The notes under the pieces: model-generated
What the model was told of the DNA's origin: nothing
What the model saw: only the letters and a program-made list of their open reading frames with translations
Database searches by the model: none
Shown here: positions 26,056 through 35,849 of the stretch, one piece after another
How the letters are laid out: the number at the start of each line of letters is the position of its first letter
Position numbering within the stretch: the first letter of the stretch is position 1
Origin: a virus
Lineage: Duplodnaviria > Caudoviricetes
Length of the DNA stretch: 61,906 nt
IMG/VR virus record: IMGVR_UViG_3300033994_001593
Span: 1-61,906 of that record
Direction: 5' to 3' (one strand)
Program-made: the position numbers and the translations under genes

Positions 26056-27404
26056 GCTGGCCCCCCGTCCGTAATCACCCAGCCGTAGGTGTTGATGAGC
26101 GTGTCGCGGGCCGCAGCCGCTTCGGGCAAATATTTCACGCTCGCGCCGGGATCAAGAACGACGTTCCGGCTGCGTCGGTGCCGCATGGTTCCGGTGGCTT
26201 CGTTTGCCACAAACGGAACGGCGATGTCAAAGACGTTGGTGGCGGCAACAGCCAGCACGTTGTAATCGCCGTTGTAGTTTGTTGTGCCGTCGATACGCAC
26301 GCGCGAGCCGACTGCGAGTCCGTGCGCAGAAACGGTAACGCGAGTATTCGCCCCTTGCGCCGAGTAGGCCAAGATCGGCAGATTGCGCAGGTCTTCGTCG
26401 GGAAGCGCGGCCCACGCAATCAGTGCTGCACTGTAGTTCGCGTTGCCCCACTGCGACGTAAATGACGAGGAGAGTGTAATCACGCGGCGAATGTCCCAGT
26501 TGGAAACGTCTTGGTTGTAATTACTGTTGACGAACATCTGATCCATCGAAACGACGTTCGATAGGTTCCAGCCGTGAAGCGTCTGGCGGAATGATGTTGC
26601 GCCGGAAAACATGGTGCGCATATTGGTGGCGCTAGAAGTGTTCCAGCCGCCGATCTGCTGATTAAATGAAGTGGCGCTGACGAACACCCCGTTCAACAAT
26701 GCCACGCCTTTCGTGTCCCAGTTGCCGATAGGTTGATTAAAGGCGGTGCAGCCTTGGAATACGTTTTGCAAAGAGCCGACGCGGCTTATATTCCAGTTGC
26801 CGATTGGTTGATTGAACGCAGTGCAACCAAGGAAAATGCCGTTTATCGCGTTTAGGTTCGATGTGTCCCAAAGGCAAACATTTGGGTCGTTGAACGCGGC
26901 GCAGCCTCCAAACGCAAAGGCTAGAGAGGAAACACTGGGCGGGAGTGTGGGTGGGCATTCCACAAAATTCACGCAATTTCGGAAGGCATCCTGACAACTG
27001 ACTAAACCAATGACGCCAAACGACAGGCATCGCACCAACTTTGATCGGTTGTTGGTGGTGCTTGCGCTGTTGCCATAGTTCAGTGTTCCCATATTTCCGC
27101 TAATCTGCACCACATAGATGCCCGGCGCAGCGTAGGTGTGCGTCTTGAATCCAGTGGTGGTGTGAGCCTCGCTGGAACCGTCGCCCCAATCGATGACTAC
27201 GTTTGGCGAGGTGCCAGAGATTGGCACTGAAATCTGTAGGCTCGCCGGTTCAAGCGAAGTGTCATAGACCAGCGTGAGATTGCTGGGGTCGTAACTGAAC
27301 CGCTGCTTCTTCCCTCGCGGCGTCGTAACGGGCGCGGGCTTTCCCAGCAATCCTCGCGGCATTGCGGGCGGCGCGTATTGCGATGATTGAATGCCGTTGT
27401 TCAC
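26052..27404 (-). CDS. PKD-like plus BspA/DUF285 repeat protein, putative receptor-binding
   Basis: IDWGDG...HTY...G.Y.V.I.G; repeats FxxxxxFNQPIGNWD/N; GTGA coupling. Confidence 0.85.
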   Translation of the reverse strand: MNNGIQSSQYAPPAMPRGLLGKPAPVTTPRGKKQRFSYDPSNLTLVYDTSLEPASLQISVPISGTSPNVVIDWGDGSSEAHTTTGFKTHTYAAPGIYVVQISGNMGTLNYGNSASTTNNRSKLVRCLSFGVIGLVSCQDAFRNCVNFVECPPTLPPSVSSLAFAFGGCAAFNDPNVCLWDTSNLNAINGIFLGCTAFNQPIGNWNISRVGSLQNVFQGCTAFNQPIGNWDTKGVALLNGVFVSATSFNQQIGGWNTSSATNMRTMFSGATSFRQTLHGWNLSNVVSMDQMFVNSNYNQDVSNWDIRRVITLSSSFTSQWGNANYSAALIAWAALPDEDLRNLPILAYSAQGANTRVTVSAHGLAVGSRVRIDGTTNYNGDYNVLAVAATNVFDIAVPFVANEATGTMRHRRSRNVVLDPGASVKYLPEAAAARDTLINTYGWVITDGGPA

Positions 27405-27784
27405 AGGTCGGCGGCGAGTGCCGTTACATGCGTGGCCTGCGCGATGGATGTGGTCACGCGAACAGACCATGACGAGGATGGAAGGATCAGATTGTCATAG
27501 GTGCGGGTGACGCGAGTAGTCGCGACCGTATTTGACGAGGTGGCAGCGGAGATCGTCACCTCGTCAAACAGGAATGTGCTGGTGCCGTCATGCAGAAAGA
27601 CGCGCACGATTGCGGCAACAGAGGTGGCGGCGCACTTCACGACCAATTCCGCCACGCGAGTTCCGGCGGCAACTCCGGTGATGACGGTTCCGAAGTTGGT
27701 CGGGGCCGTGAGGCTTGTGTCCTGAGTGCTGATTGAAACGCTGCCGATACGCGGCGTGACTGCAAACGAAGGGGAGGTAGCCAT
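27401..27784 (-). CDS. Tail-associated beta-rich protein
   Basis: Ser/Thr-rich, TAATG coupling within the fibre cluster. Confidence 0.7.
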   Translation of the reverse strand: MATSPSFAVTPRIGSVSISTQDTSLTAPTNFGTVITGVAAGTRVAELVVKCAATSVAAIVRVFLHDGTSTFLFDEVTISAATSSNTVATTRVTRTYDNLILPSSSWSVRVTTSIAQATHVTALAADL

Positions 27785-29757
27785 TAGCGGAAGGTACTCC
27801 AGAGATAGAGGTTGACGGCGGCGCGTGCGTTGTCCGAAAGGCGCGAATCAGAGAGTGTGCCAGAGGTCAGATCGCTGGCGTTGGTGCTTCCGCTGGTGAC
27901 GGTTTTCCAAGTTTGATCGCCAGCGAGGAACGTGGTGGAGGTGGCCGAGCCGCTGCCGAGCCGGGCCGTGGCGATTACACCGCTCTGAATCGCACTTGCG
28001 TCATGCGTATGAGAGAGAGGCGTGCGAGCATCCGACAGGCGGGCATCATTGCCGATGCAGACGCTACTGGCATCGCTGCCAGTTGGAATTCGGGAAATGT
28101 CTAACTCCCCCGAAACAATGTCCATCGCGTTATGCGCATGTCCGGAGGCGGCTTTCTCTGACAGTTGCACCTCCAAGCCCGTCACTTCGCTGATCATGTG
28201 ACCGTGGACGGCGGCGGCGTATGAGCCGCTTGGCTGCTTGGAATTCAGCGCGGCCTGCAAGCCAGTGGTGTCGGCAATCACATGCTGATGCGAGGTCGCG
28301 GCCTTGGCATCGAGCAACGATTGCACCGCAGACACGGCGCGGGTGTTCGTGAAATAGAGATTGGTGCTGCCTTCGGCAATCGCGTCGGTCGAGCCGGGGG
28401 AGGCGACGATCTCGACATACTGCGTTCCTGCCCACCGATAAATCTTGCCGTTGTTGATCGTGAGGTACAGTTTCCCCTCTTCACCGCTTGTGGGCAGAAG
28501 GGATGCGTTGTCCACTTCGATCACATCATCAACGTAGGACGGCAGTTGCGTGGCTGGCACCTTGCCGCCGACGAGCGTGGCGTAATCACCAGCGGTCTGC
28601 TTGTTGTCGAGGGCCGCTTGCAAGCCAATGATCGCGGAGATGCCGTGATTGTGGACTGACTGTGCGTAGGAACCGGAGGGCTGCTTGGAATCTAAAGCCG
28701 CCTGCAACCCAGTGGTGTCGGCAATCACATGGGAATGGACGGTCGCAGCGTAGGAACCGGCGACTTGCTTCCCGTCCAACGCTGCCTGCAAGCCATCGAC
28801 GGCACTGATTATGTGGGTGTGTACCGCATTAGCGTATGAGCCAGTGGGCTGCTTGCCGTCGAGTGCGGTCTGTAGCCCGTTGACCGTCGAGATCGCTTGC
28901 TGCCCAGTGTGCGTTGCGCGATCCCGCAGTTGAGCGTCGGTCGCGTTGGCCGTCGCCCCGCTCGCGATGCCGTCGAGTTTCGTCTTGTCGGAAGACGCAC
29001 CCCACCATGCCTCGATTGCGGATCGCACCACCGCATAGGCCAGCCACCGCGAGGCGGTTGGATCGTAAGTGATCTGGATCGCGCTGTTGACCGGGATCAC
29101 AACATCGCCCCCGGTGGGCGAGATCACGCGATTGGGTGCCGCCGACAGGGTGGATTGGTGTGCGATGGTGATGGGGAACGAGCCGACGTTATGCAGCGTG
29201 ACCGACGAGCCTGCCGATGCGACGAAGCCGGTGATCGTGCGCGGCGCATCCGACGAGAGGCGGGCGTTGTTCGCGCCCACCGACAGAGCGTAGTTGTTCT
29301 GGTCGGAAGTGATCGTGGTCGGTGAGTGGAAGGCCGCAGCGGAACCCGCGAGGTACACACCGAAGAATGCGTCAGTCGCCGCCGGGGCCGCGGCAAACGT
29401 GATCTGCGAGCCACTCACCGTGTAGGCCACTTCCGGCTGTTGCGTCACGCCGTTGAGCATGACGAGCAGCGAGGCTGCGGTGGCGGGCGTGACCGAAGTT
29501 GTGCCGATGACGAGATCAAACGTCGTGGTCGAGCCATTGAACGTGAGCGAGTTGAGAGTTCGGTTGAGGGCCGACGCGCCGCCAGAGCCGCCCACGCCAC
29601 CCACGATGTACGGCAGCGAGTTGTATGCAGTGGTGCCGTCACCAACCTTCAACTTGTTCGTGTCCGTTTCAAATACGATCTGCCCCGCCAACGGGACTTC
29701 GTTGGCTGCGGTCAGGGCGGCAAGGGTGCCGCGTCGTTGTTGGACAATGGGGGGCAT
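27784..29757 (-). CDS. Long tail fibre protein
   Basis: Mtd/hyaluronidase-like N-terminus (RRGT...ETDT..LKVGDG); HxH...GLQxALDxKQ repeats; 23-bp DNA repeat at 28262 and 28709. Confidence 0.85.
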   Translation of the reverse strand: MPPIVQQRRGTLAALTAANEVPLAGQIVFETDTNKLKVGDGTTAYNSLPYIVGGVGGSGGASALNRTLNSLTFNGSTTTFDLVIGTTSVTPATAASLLVMLNGVTQQPEVAYTVSGSQITFAAAPAATDAFFGVYLAGSAAAFHSPTTITSDQNNYALSVGANNARLSSDAPRTITGFVASAGSSVTLHNVGSFPITIAHQSTLSAAPNRVISPTGGDVVIPVNSAIQITYDPTASRWLAYAVVRSAIEAWWGASSDKTKLDGIASGATANATDAQLRDRATHTGQQAISTVNGLQTALDGKQPTGSYANAVHTHIISAVDGLQAALDGKQVAGSYAATVHSHVIADTTGLQAALDSKQPSGSYAQSVHNHGISAIIGLQAALDNKQTAGDYATLVGGKVPATQLPSYVDDVIEVDNASLLPTSGEEGKLYLTINNGKIYRWAGTQYVEIVASPGSTDAIAEGSTNLYFTNTRAVSAVQSLLDAKAATSHQHVIADTTGLQAALNSKQPSGSYAAAVHGHMISEVTGLEVQLSEKAASGHAHNAMDIVSGELDISRIPTGSDASSVCIGNDARLSDARTPLSHTHDASAIQSGVIATARLGSGSATSTTFLAGDQTWKTVTSGSTNASDLTSGTLSDSRLSDNARAAVNLYLWSTFR

Positions 29758-30326
29758 TAGAGCGAGCCGCAGTCGATGACGATGTTGCTGTTGAGTTTCG
29801 CCGCCGTAACGCTGCCGTCAGTCGGGGTGCGTTGATCGGAGAGCCGCGTGTCCGATCCGATCACCACCTGTGTGCTTGTGGCATTGCCCACCGCAGGAAC
29901 GTCACGGGTGGCGGCGGTGCCAGCGTCGGTGATCGCTGAAACGGTGTGCTGGTGAACGAGAGCCGCCTTGCCGTCGAGGGCCGACTGCAATCCATCGACC
30001 GCGCTGATCGTGTGCTGATGGACGAGCGGGGCGTAAGCGGCAGCGAGGGTGCTGTTGAGATCAGTGATCGCGGCGACGGTGTGGGTGTGGACGAGTTGAG
30101 CGTATGACCCAGCCGACTGCTTCCCTGCGAGTGCTTCGGTCAAGCCCGCCACATCCGCGATGGCGATGTCGTTGTTGATGTACCCCAGTGAATTCCACGG
30201 GGTAATGCCGTCGCCAACCTTCAATCGGCTGGTGTCGGTTTCAAAGACAATCTGCCCAGCCGCTGGCGTCTCGTTCGCAGCGGCGAGGGCGGCGGCGGTG
30301 CCGCGGCGCTGCTTAAAGACGGCCAT
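29757..30326 (-). CDS. Short tail fibre protein (paralogue of 27784..29757)
   Basis: Same N-terminal module and HxH repeats. Confidence 0.8.
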   Translation of the reverse strand: MAVFKQRRGTAAALAAANETPAAGQIVFETDTSRLKVGDGITPWNSLGYINNDIAIADVAGLTEALAGKQSAGSYAQLVHTHTVAAITDLNSTLAAAYAPLVHQHTISAVDGLQSALDGKAALVHQHTVSAITDAGTAATRDVPAVGNATSTQVVIGSDTRLSDQRTPTDGSVTAAKLNSNIVIDCGSL

Positions 30327-30329
30327 TGG

Positions 30330-30677
30330 CTACTCCTCGATGGCGGCTTTCCGCACGGCGTATTCGGTCGAAAGGGCGGCTCGATGCGCACCGTATGCCA
30401 GCATCAACGCGGTCAGCTCCGCGAGCGTAAGCGTGTGAGGAACGCCGGCCGTGTCGATCACGGGCGGGAGCGGTAGGTCGGCGGCAGAGGCTTCCTTGGC
30501 GAGAACGAACTGCCCGGTGAGCAGCGTCACATCGCTCTCTGCGAGGCCCATCTTCCACCCGCTCGCTGTCGTGAAGCCCTTGGCGACTTCACTTCGGAAC
30601 CACGCATCCACGGCTGCAAGTGCCTTAACGCGGTCGATAGCGGCCTTCTTGGCGGGGTCAACGGTGACAAGTCCCAT
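30330..30677 (-). CDS. Tail fibre assembly-like protein (DUF4376-like)
   Basis: AGGAG RBS, TAATG coupling; H.LTLAEL..L pattern. Confidence 0.6.
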   Translation of the reverse strand: MGLVTVDPAKKAAIDRVKALAAVDAWFRSEVAKGFTTASGWKMGLAESDVTLLTGQFVLAKEASAADLPLPPVIDTAGVPHTLTLAELTALMLAYGAHRAALSTEYAVRKAAIEE

Positions 30678-30940
30678 TACTGATTCTCCTGTGCGGCGCG
30701 TTCTGCAAACCAAGCGTCCGGCCCGATTCCGTAGCCATCCGGCTCGGAGAAGTCAGCAACCCATGCGTCGATATAGGCACGGTCTGCGGGAAGGTCGGCG
30801 TTGTTCGCGATGATGTATGGCTTGCCAGCCGGAACGTCCTTGCGAGCAATCTCTTCGACGGGGATGCCGCAGTCGGCGGGAATGACCATCACCAAGCCGC
30901 CATTGTCGTTCGGGTAGAAGATCGTCTTGTCCACTGTCAC
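30677..30940 (-). CDS. Tail fibre-associated small protein
   Basis: IARKDVP.G.PY...LP.DR...AW motif. Confidence 0.7.
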   Translation of the reverse strand: MTVDKTIFYPNDNGGLVMVIPADCGIPVEEIARKDVPAGKPYIIANNADLPADRAYIDAWVADFSEPDGYGIGPDAWFAERAAQENQ

Positions 30941-30941
30941 C

Positions 30942-31889
30942 TCACATGAAGACTGCGGCAGTCCATCGGTAAGCGTCTAGGAAATCGCCGCCAGCGAGGA
31001 AATTTCCGCCAGCATTGAACGAGTAGGTGGTGCATTGCACCCAGTTGGCATCTAGGCTGCCGAATCGGAAAATAAGGTCTGCCTGACTGTTAGTGCTTCC
31101 CACTACAGAGTAGGCAGTGGTAGGGGAGCCGCCTCGCTGCATCGGAACGATAAAGTTCATTAAATAAACGCCAGCGGACTGCCGTGTAATTGACGTTACG
31201 TTGGCAGACGCATGCATGAAGTTGGACTCGGCCTGCACCCACGCCCTGCACATGAAGGCAGGCAGCAATCCAGAGTTCGCGTAACTCGACGCGATGACGG
31301 CAGTGGTCTGAGGCTGCGACCCTATGTGACCATCCGCGAGAACGCGAAGCCGCTCCGTTCCGTTGGTCACCAGCGACAGTGTGTCGGCACCACCCAGCCT
31401 CGCGATGCCGGTGTTCGTGTCGCCGCTAAACGAATAAGAGGGCGCGGTCGCCGTGCCGTCGCCCGTCAGCACTTGACCGGCAGCGGTCACGGTGCCGGTG
31501 ACAACCACGTTGCCATTCGCCGTGACGGTGCCGGTGAACGTCGGCGTGTCGTTGATCAAGCCACGGGCAGCGTTGCCGTCAGCCGCCGCCAGAAGGCTGC
31601 GAGCAAACGAGGTGCAGGGGATTTCCTGCACCGTGCCGCTTGAGCCTGACGAGCGACCTAGCACCCGGTCGCCTGTGACGTTTTGGATTTTGGGATAGGT
31701 GACCGCACCGGACGCGATCTTCCCCTCGGTGACAGTCCCGTCGCCGGGAGGCCCGCCCCCAATCGCCGCGATCTGCGCGGCGGTGGCCTTGCTCGTCTGC
31801 GTCAGCGCCGCATCCACGATCGGGATGATGTCGTTCGGCTGGACGCTCGAGATCGCGGGCAGCTCGGAAATCTTGACGGGATCGGCCAT
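30942..31889 (-). CDS. Tail fibre protein
   Basis: VKISELP N-terminus, APSYSFSGDTNTG, C-terminal RAWV domain paralogous to 24975..25853. Confidence 0.8.
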   Translation of the reverse strand: MADPVKISELPAISSVQPNDIIPIVDAALTQTSKATAAQIAAIGGGPPGDGTVTEGKIASGAVTYPKIQNVTGDRVLGRSSGSSGTVQEIPCTSFARSLLAAADGNAARGLINDTPTFTGTVTANGNVVVTGTVTAAGQVLTGDGTATAPSYSFSGDTNTGIARLGGADTLSLVTNGTERLRVLADGHIGSQPQTTAVIASSYANSGLLPAFMCRAWVQAESNFMHASANVTSITRQSAGVYLMNFIVPMQRGGSPTTAYSVVGSTNSQADLIFRFGSLDANWVQCTTYSFNAGGNFLAGGDFLDAYRWTAAVFM

Positions 31890-31961
31890 CAGCTCACCTT
31901 GTGAAGGGACATTGTGTCGCCGGCACCCCTGCCTTCGTCAGCAGGATTTGGGGCGGTAGGG

Positions 31962-33290
31962 TTACGCCATTCTCCCGGCGAGCTGGCGGATGATGTCAGT
32001 CGTTTGACCAGGCTGCGCCTGCGGCTGGGGCTGCTGCATCGGGGGCTGGGCGGGGGGCATTGGGGCGGGCTGCTGCACCGGCGGCCGCTGCAACTCACGC
32101 AGCCTCTCGCGGGAGAGGATGTTGATCTGGACGGGCTGGCCGCCTTGGCCCTGCTGAGAAGGCTGGCTTGGTGCCGGCTGCTGCGGCTGGGCCTCACCAA
32201 AGGCGGCCCCATACAGATTAGATAGGCCCCGGTAGGCCATCGGAATGCCGTAGCGAGCCGTGAGGCCAGCAACCGGAAGGCCGACAACAGTAGCAGCCGT
32301 TGACACTCCTGGGTACTTCCGGAAGGCTCCCGCCACGGCAGAAGGCGCCGCTGCGACCGCCCTGACGATTGGATCTGTCTTGGACACAGAAGCCGCCCAG
32401 TTCTGGGCCTTCTGGTCTGCCGCGCCATCCACCTTTTGTGCGACCTCATCCTTAGTGGCTGGCTGAATGCCAGGGCTGGCTGGCTTCGCTGGCTCGGCCG
32501 GCTGCGACTTAAAGACCGGCCCCCGCTCGCCTGTCATGTCTTCGGCGGTGAGTTTCGACCAATCGCCCTTGCTGGCGTCCTTGCCAACGATCATCGGATC
32601 GCGGTTCGCCCCATTCCACTCAATGCCCTCCAGGCTGCCGGTTTCCTTGACCTTCGCGACGTTGGCCTTGGACGCCTCCGAAGCTTTGAGGCGGGCGGCC
32701 TTCTCTGCGGAGATCTTCCTCTGTGAGGGCTGCGGCACGACCGGAGGCACCTCCCCAGGCGTGGCTCCCATCGGAGCGTCAGCCCTGGCGGTTTCTTCGC
32801 CTGGGACTCGAGACTCGACGGCATCGCTGGCATTGGGATCCTTGCCGCGGATTCGGCTCGGCCTGCTGGCGCCTTCCTTGATGCTCGAGTCAGTCTCTCG
32901 GAGCTGCTTGAGGCTCATCCCCAGCATCTGATCCGGCGTGTAGCCGTAGTTCGACGCGCCGATGGACTCCATCAGCTTCAGTTTTTCGTCATCGATGAAC
33001 TGCTTTGCGGTCGAGTGCGGGTCTTCGGCAAGAAAGATCGACTTGATCTGGCTGTTGGAGTAGCCGGCATCTTGGAGCTGCGGGATGTACTCTTCATCCA
33101 GTTGCCTTGCGGCAACGGAATCGACGCCGAGCTGGTTGCCACGCTCCACCCAATCGACCGCTTTGGCCTTGTCTGGAGCGCCACCACCGCCGACCGAACG
33201 AGCCTTTGGCGCGTCGGCCTTGGAGGCGGCCTTACCTGCGTTGGCTGCTGCCTTTTGCGCGTTCTTCGCTGCTGCACCGGGATTAGCCAC
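31962..33290 (-). CDS. Putative internal virion protein
   Basis: GAGG RBS; Ala/Lys-rich N-terminus, hydrophobic segment, Pro/Gln tail ending TDIIRQLAGRMA. Confidence 0.7.
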   Translation of the reverse strand: MANPGAAAKNAQKAAANAGKAASKADAPKARSVGGGGAPDKAKAVDWVERGNQLGVDSVAARQLDEEYIPQLQDAGYSNSQIKSIFLAEDPHSTAKQFIDDEKLKLMESIGASNYGYTPDQMLGMSLKQLRETDSSIKEGASRPSRIRGKDPNASDAVESRVPGEETARADAPMGATPGEVPPVVPQPSQRKISAEKAARLKASEASKANVAKVKETGSLEGIEWNGANRDPMIVGKDASKGDWSKLTAEDMTGERGPVFKSQPAEPAKPASPGIQPATKDEVAQKVDGAADQKAQNWAASVSKTDPIVRAVAAAPSAVAGAFRKYPGVSTAATVVGLPVAGLTARYGIPMAYRGLSNLYGAAFGEAQPQQPAPSQPSQQGQGGQPVQINILSRERLRELQRPPVQQPAPMPPAQPPMQQPQPQAQPGQTTDIIRQLAGRMA

Positions 33291-33300
33291 TGAATACCTC

Positions 33301-33894
33301 CTAGCCCATCAAGCCGCCGAGAAAACGCTGGCCGCTCTCCATGTTCATGGACTGCTGCGGCATGTTCCCTCCACCGAGGAGGGCCATCAGATCGACGTTT
33401 TGCTGCTGCCCCATCGGCATGTCCTGCTGCCGAGCCATGTAGGCCGGGATGCTGTCGGACTGCCCGTTGGGGAGCTGGCCGTCAGGAATCGCCTCGGGCA
33501 TTTCATTGGGCATTCCCTGCGACGGTGGTTCGTACCGCGAGCCGTCATCGGGCATCGGCTCGTCGCCCATGAGCATGGGGAGGCCGCCGGCCATCTGCAT
33601 GTACTCGTCGCGAGCCTCGGCCGGGAGCTGCGAGAGGGCGTCCATGAACGGCTGCGTCATGGTCGGGTCGGCACCAGGCTTGGTTGGATCGGCCTCGGAG
33701 TTGACCCTAGAGAGCAGTTCGGCAATCTGGGCCTTCTCCTCTGGAGAGGCAGACTGCATCCGCATGAGCAGCTCCTGTGTGATCTGCTCGACCTCCTTGG
33801 CATTGCGGGCCGGGATCATGTCTGCCGGCGGATCCTCGAGGAGCTGGCCCTCAAGGTCTTCGGTCGGCATGGCGGGCTTGCGGGGAGGAAGCAT
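33301..33894 (-). CDS. Met/Pro/Gln-rich putative virion protein
   Basis: ATG 33894 with GAGG; ends FLGGLMG. Confidence 0.65.
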   Translation of the reverse strand: MLPPRKPAMPTEDLEGQLLEDPPADMIPARNAKEVEQITQELLMRMQSASPEEKAQIAELLSRVNSEADPTKPGADPTMTQPFMDALSQLPAEARDEYMQMAGGLPMLMGDEPMPDDGSRYEPPSQGMPNEMPEAIPDGQLPNGQSDSIPAYMARQQDMPMGQQQNVDLMALLGGGNMPQQSMNMESGQRFLGGLMG

Positions 33895-33901
33895 TGGAAC
33901 C

Positions 33902-34234
33902 TCAAGAAGGGGTGTAGGGCTTACCGAGCTTGCCAGCCACCTTCTTGGCGGCGGGCTTCTTTGGCGGGGCAAGCTTGTCGCCGGCCTCCTCCGAAACGTC
34001 TTCGTTGGTCATGGGGATGTCGGCCGGCTTGCCATTCTCCTCGGCCAGCTCAACGAGTTTCTGGTTCTCGTCATCGGCATCCTCGGTCGCCTCGTCCTCG
34101 GCTTCCACCTCGAGTTGCTTCTTGCCACGCCGGTGCATCGGCAGCGACCGCTCATGCTCGGTGGTGATGGCATCGCGGAGCATCCGCCGCACCGCCGACT
34201 CCTTGAGATCCGAAAGGTCAATCTTCCATTCCAT
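33902..34234 (-). CDS. Acidic hypothetical protein
   Basis: AGGAG RBS before ATG 34234. Confidence 0.7.
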   Translation of the reverse strand: MEWKIDLSDLKESAVRRMLRDAITTEHERSLPMHRRGKKQLEVEAEDEATEDADDENQKLVELAEENGKPADIPMTNEDVSEEAGDKLAPPKKPAAKKVAGKLGKPYTPS

Positions 34235-34244
34235 CGCAGTTCTC

Positions 34245-34757
34245 CTACATGAGGGCGCCGGCAATAGTCGCGGCATTTTCCCAGCTCTGCTGGGCATCGA
34301 GCATCGTCCGGTCATAACGCTGCATATCCACATCGGCCTTCCGCTTGTAGGCCGCCATCCGCTCGCGGTTGCGAACATCGTCGCGGTCGAGCAGGAGGTC
34401 GCGGAGCCAGCCCTGCTCGCCCGAGAGCCGTTCTTGGAACTCCAGCTCGGGAGCCTTCTGGCCGGCATACATATTGAGCATGTCTTGCTGGGCTTGGGCG
34501 TAGCCCTTCCCGGCTTCCGCATCTGCAAGCAGACCCGCGCGGAAGTCAGACATCTTGGAGCCAGCCTGGACTCCCTTGCCCATCTGGCCGCTGTACTGCC
34601 GCATATCGCCGCCGAATGCGGCCTTCGCCATCGACTCATTGCGAGCCGACCGTGCGTAGTCTTGATTAGGCTTGATCGGCCCAGAGAACGTAGTGGCGTA
34701 GTTCTGCTGCGTTTGGAACTTGGTCGGCAGAAACCCGGCACCTGACTGCGAGAACAT
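34245..34757 (-). CDS. Putative pilot/ejection protein
   Basis: Gln/Ala-rich helical; ends IAGALM. Confidence 0.65.
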   Translation of the reverse strand: MFSQSGAGFLPTKFQTQQNYATTFSGPIKPNQDYARSARNESMAKAAFGGDMRQYSGQMGKGVQAGSKMSDFRAGLLADAEAGKGYAQAQQDMLNMYAGQKAPELEFQERLSGEQGWLRDLLLDRDDVRNRERMAAYKRKADVDMQRYDRTMLDAQQSWENAATIAGALM

Positions 34758-34758
34758 A

Positions 34759-35289
34759 CTAGATCAAGCCTCCTAGCATGCGGAGCGCCGCGGCCGTGAT
34801 CTGGGCTTGGGCAGCAGACCTCGCTCGCTTGCCGCGGGCGTAGATGTCCTCGATGCCCTCCGAGAAACGGATGTTCGTGTCCGTATCGAAGGTGGCCTTG
34901 GAGGAGTCCATACGGAAACGATCCTGTGCGTTCTGCCGCTGCGACAGGATGTCCTGCGCGCGGGCCTGCTCGGCTTGGGAGCGGTACTTGGTGTTGAACT
35001 CGTCCGCAGACCGCAGCATCGCGTTGCGGCTGGTGTTGGCCGTGGCCTGTGCAAACGCAGTTCGCGACCTATCCCCCGATGAGCGAGACAGTGAGAGGTC
35101 TGATAGTCGTGGAGTCTTGACCGCGGCGATGGTGTTTCGGACTGACTGCCCCAGCGGCTCCTTGGTGTCGATGTGCGACCGGAAAAATCCGGTAGCCTCG
35201 GTTGGGCCTATGACCGGGAAACGCCCGCTGTCAAACCCAGGCTGCGGGGCGCGGCCGATCGGAGGTGGTCTTTTTGGTACTGGACGCAT
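34759..35289 (-). CDS. Putative pilot/ejection protein
   Basis: Helical; ends MLGGLI. Confidence 0.65.
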   Translation of the reverse strand: MRPVPKRPPPIGRAPQPGFDSGRFPVIGPTEATGFFRSHIDTKEPLGQSVRNTIAAVKTPRLSDLSLSRSSGDRSRTAFAQATANTSRNAMLRSADEFNTKYRSQAEQARAQDILSQRQNAQDRFRMDSSKATFDTDTNIRFSEGIEDIYARGKRARSAAQAQITAAALRMLGGLI

Positions 35290-35291
35290 GG

Positions 35292-35849
35292 CTACATCAA
35301 GCCGCGGAGGGCGTTGCTGATGGCACGGATCTTGATCACAGTCCTGCCGGCCTCTTCGACAACCTCGGCCTCTAACAATCCTTTTGGTTCAAACTCGACA
35401 GAAATCGGCACGGCCTCAATCGCCCCCGTGGCATGGTTGAGCCGCGCGTGCTGCCCTCCCATCTGCTTGACGTTGAGGGAAACCGTCGCCTGGGCCACCG
35501 CGTTCTCGGCTCCGGTGTCTACGGAAACGAACGATCCGGCCTTCACGCCGGGGGTATTGATCGTGGGATTGGCCGAGGCTGGCTGGCTGTTGTCATACGG
35601 ATGCCGACCGCCCTTGGGGGCAGGAACACCCAAGGGATCCTTCTTGGATGGGTAGTCCAGATTGGTCAGGACATATCGCCTGGTGTCGCCGTCGATCATC
35701 CGCATGGCCTTAGTCGGGGTGGCGTCCGCGAGCTGGCGTCCGATGTTCGTCCTGCCAGTGGCGACGTTGCCAATGGCGTTGCTGATCACCTTCGCTGCGG
35801 CGGGGGAGATTCCGCCCTCAACCAGACTCCCCTCTAGGTCACTCGGCAT
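35292..35849 (-). CDS. Hypothetical structural-operon protein
   Basis: Follows nozzle-like gene; ends ALRGLM. Confidence 0.7.
   Translation of the reverse strand: MPSDLEGSLVEGGISPAAAKVISNAIGNVATGRTNIGRQLADATPTKAMRMIDGDTRRYVLTNLDYPSKKDPLGVPAPKGGRHPYDNSQPASANPTINTPGVKAGSFVSVDTGAENAVAQATVSLNVKQMGGQHARLNHATGAIEAVPISVEFEPKGLLEAEVVEEAGRTVIKIRAISNALRGLM

Noticed and set aside
27784-30326. Diversity-generating retroelement suggested by Mtd-like N-termini
   Set aside because: No reverse transcriptase and no adenine-variant template/variable repeat pair seen
24975-31889. Invertible tail-fibre cassette driven by the serine recombinase
   Set aside because: All fibre genes share one orientation, no flanking inverted repeats seen, recombinase is ~18 kb away
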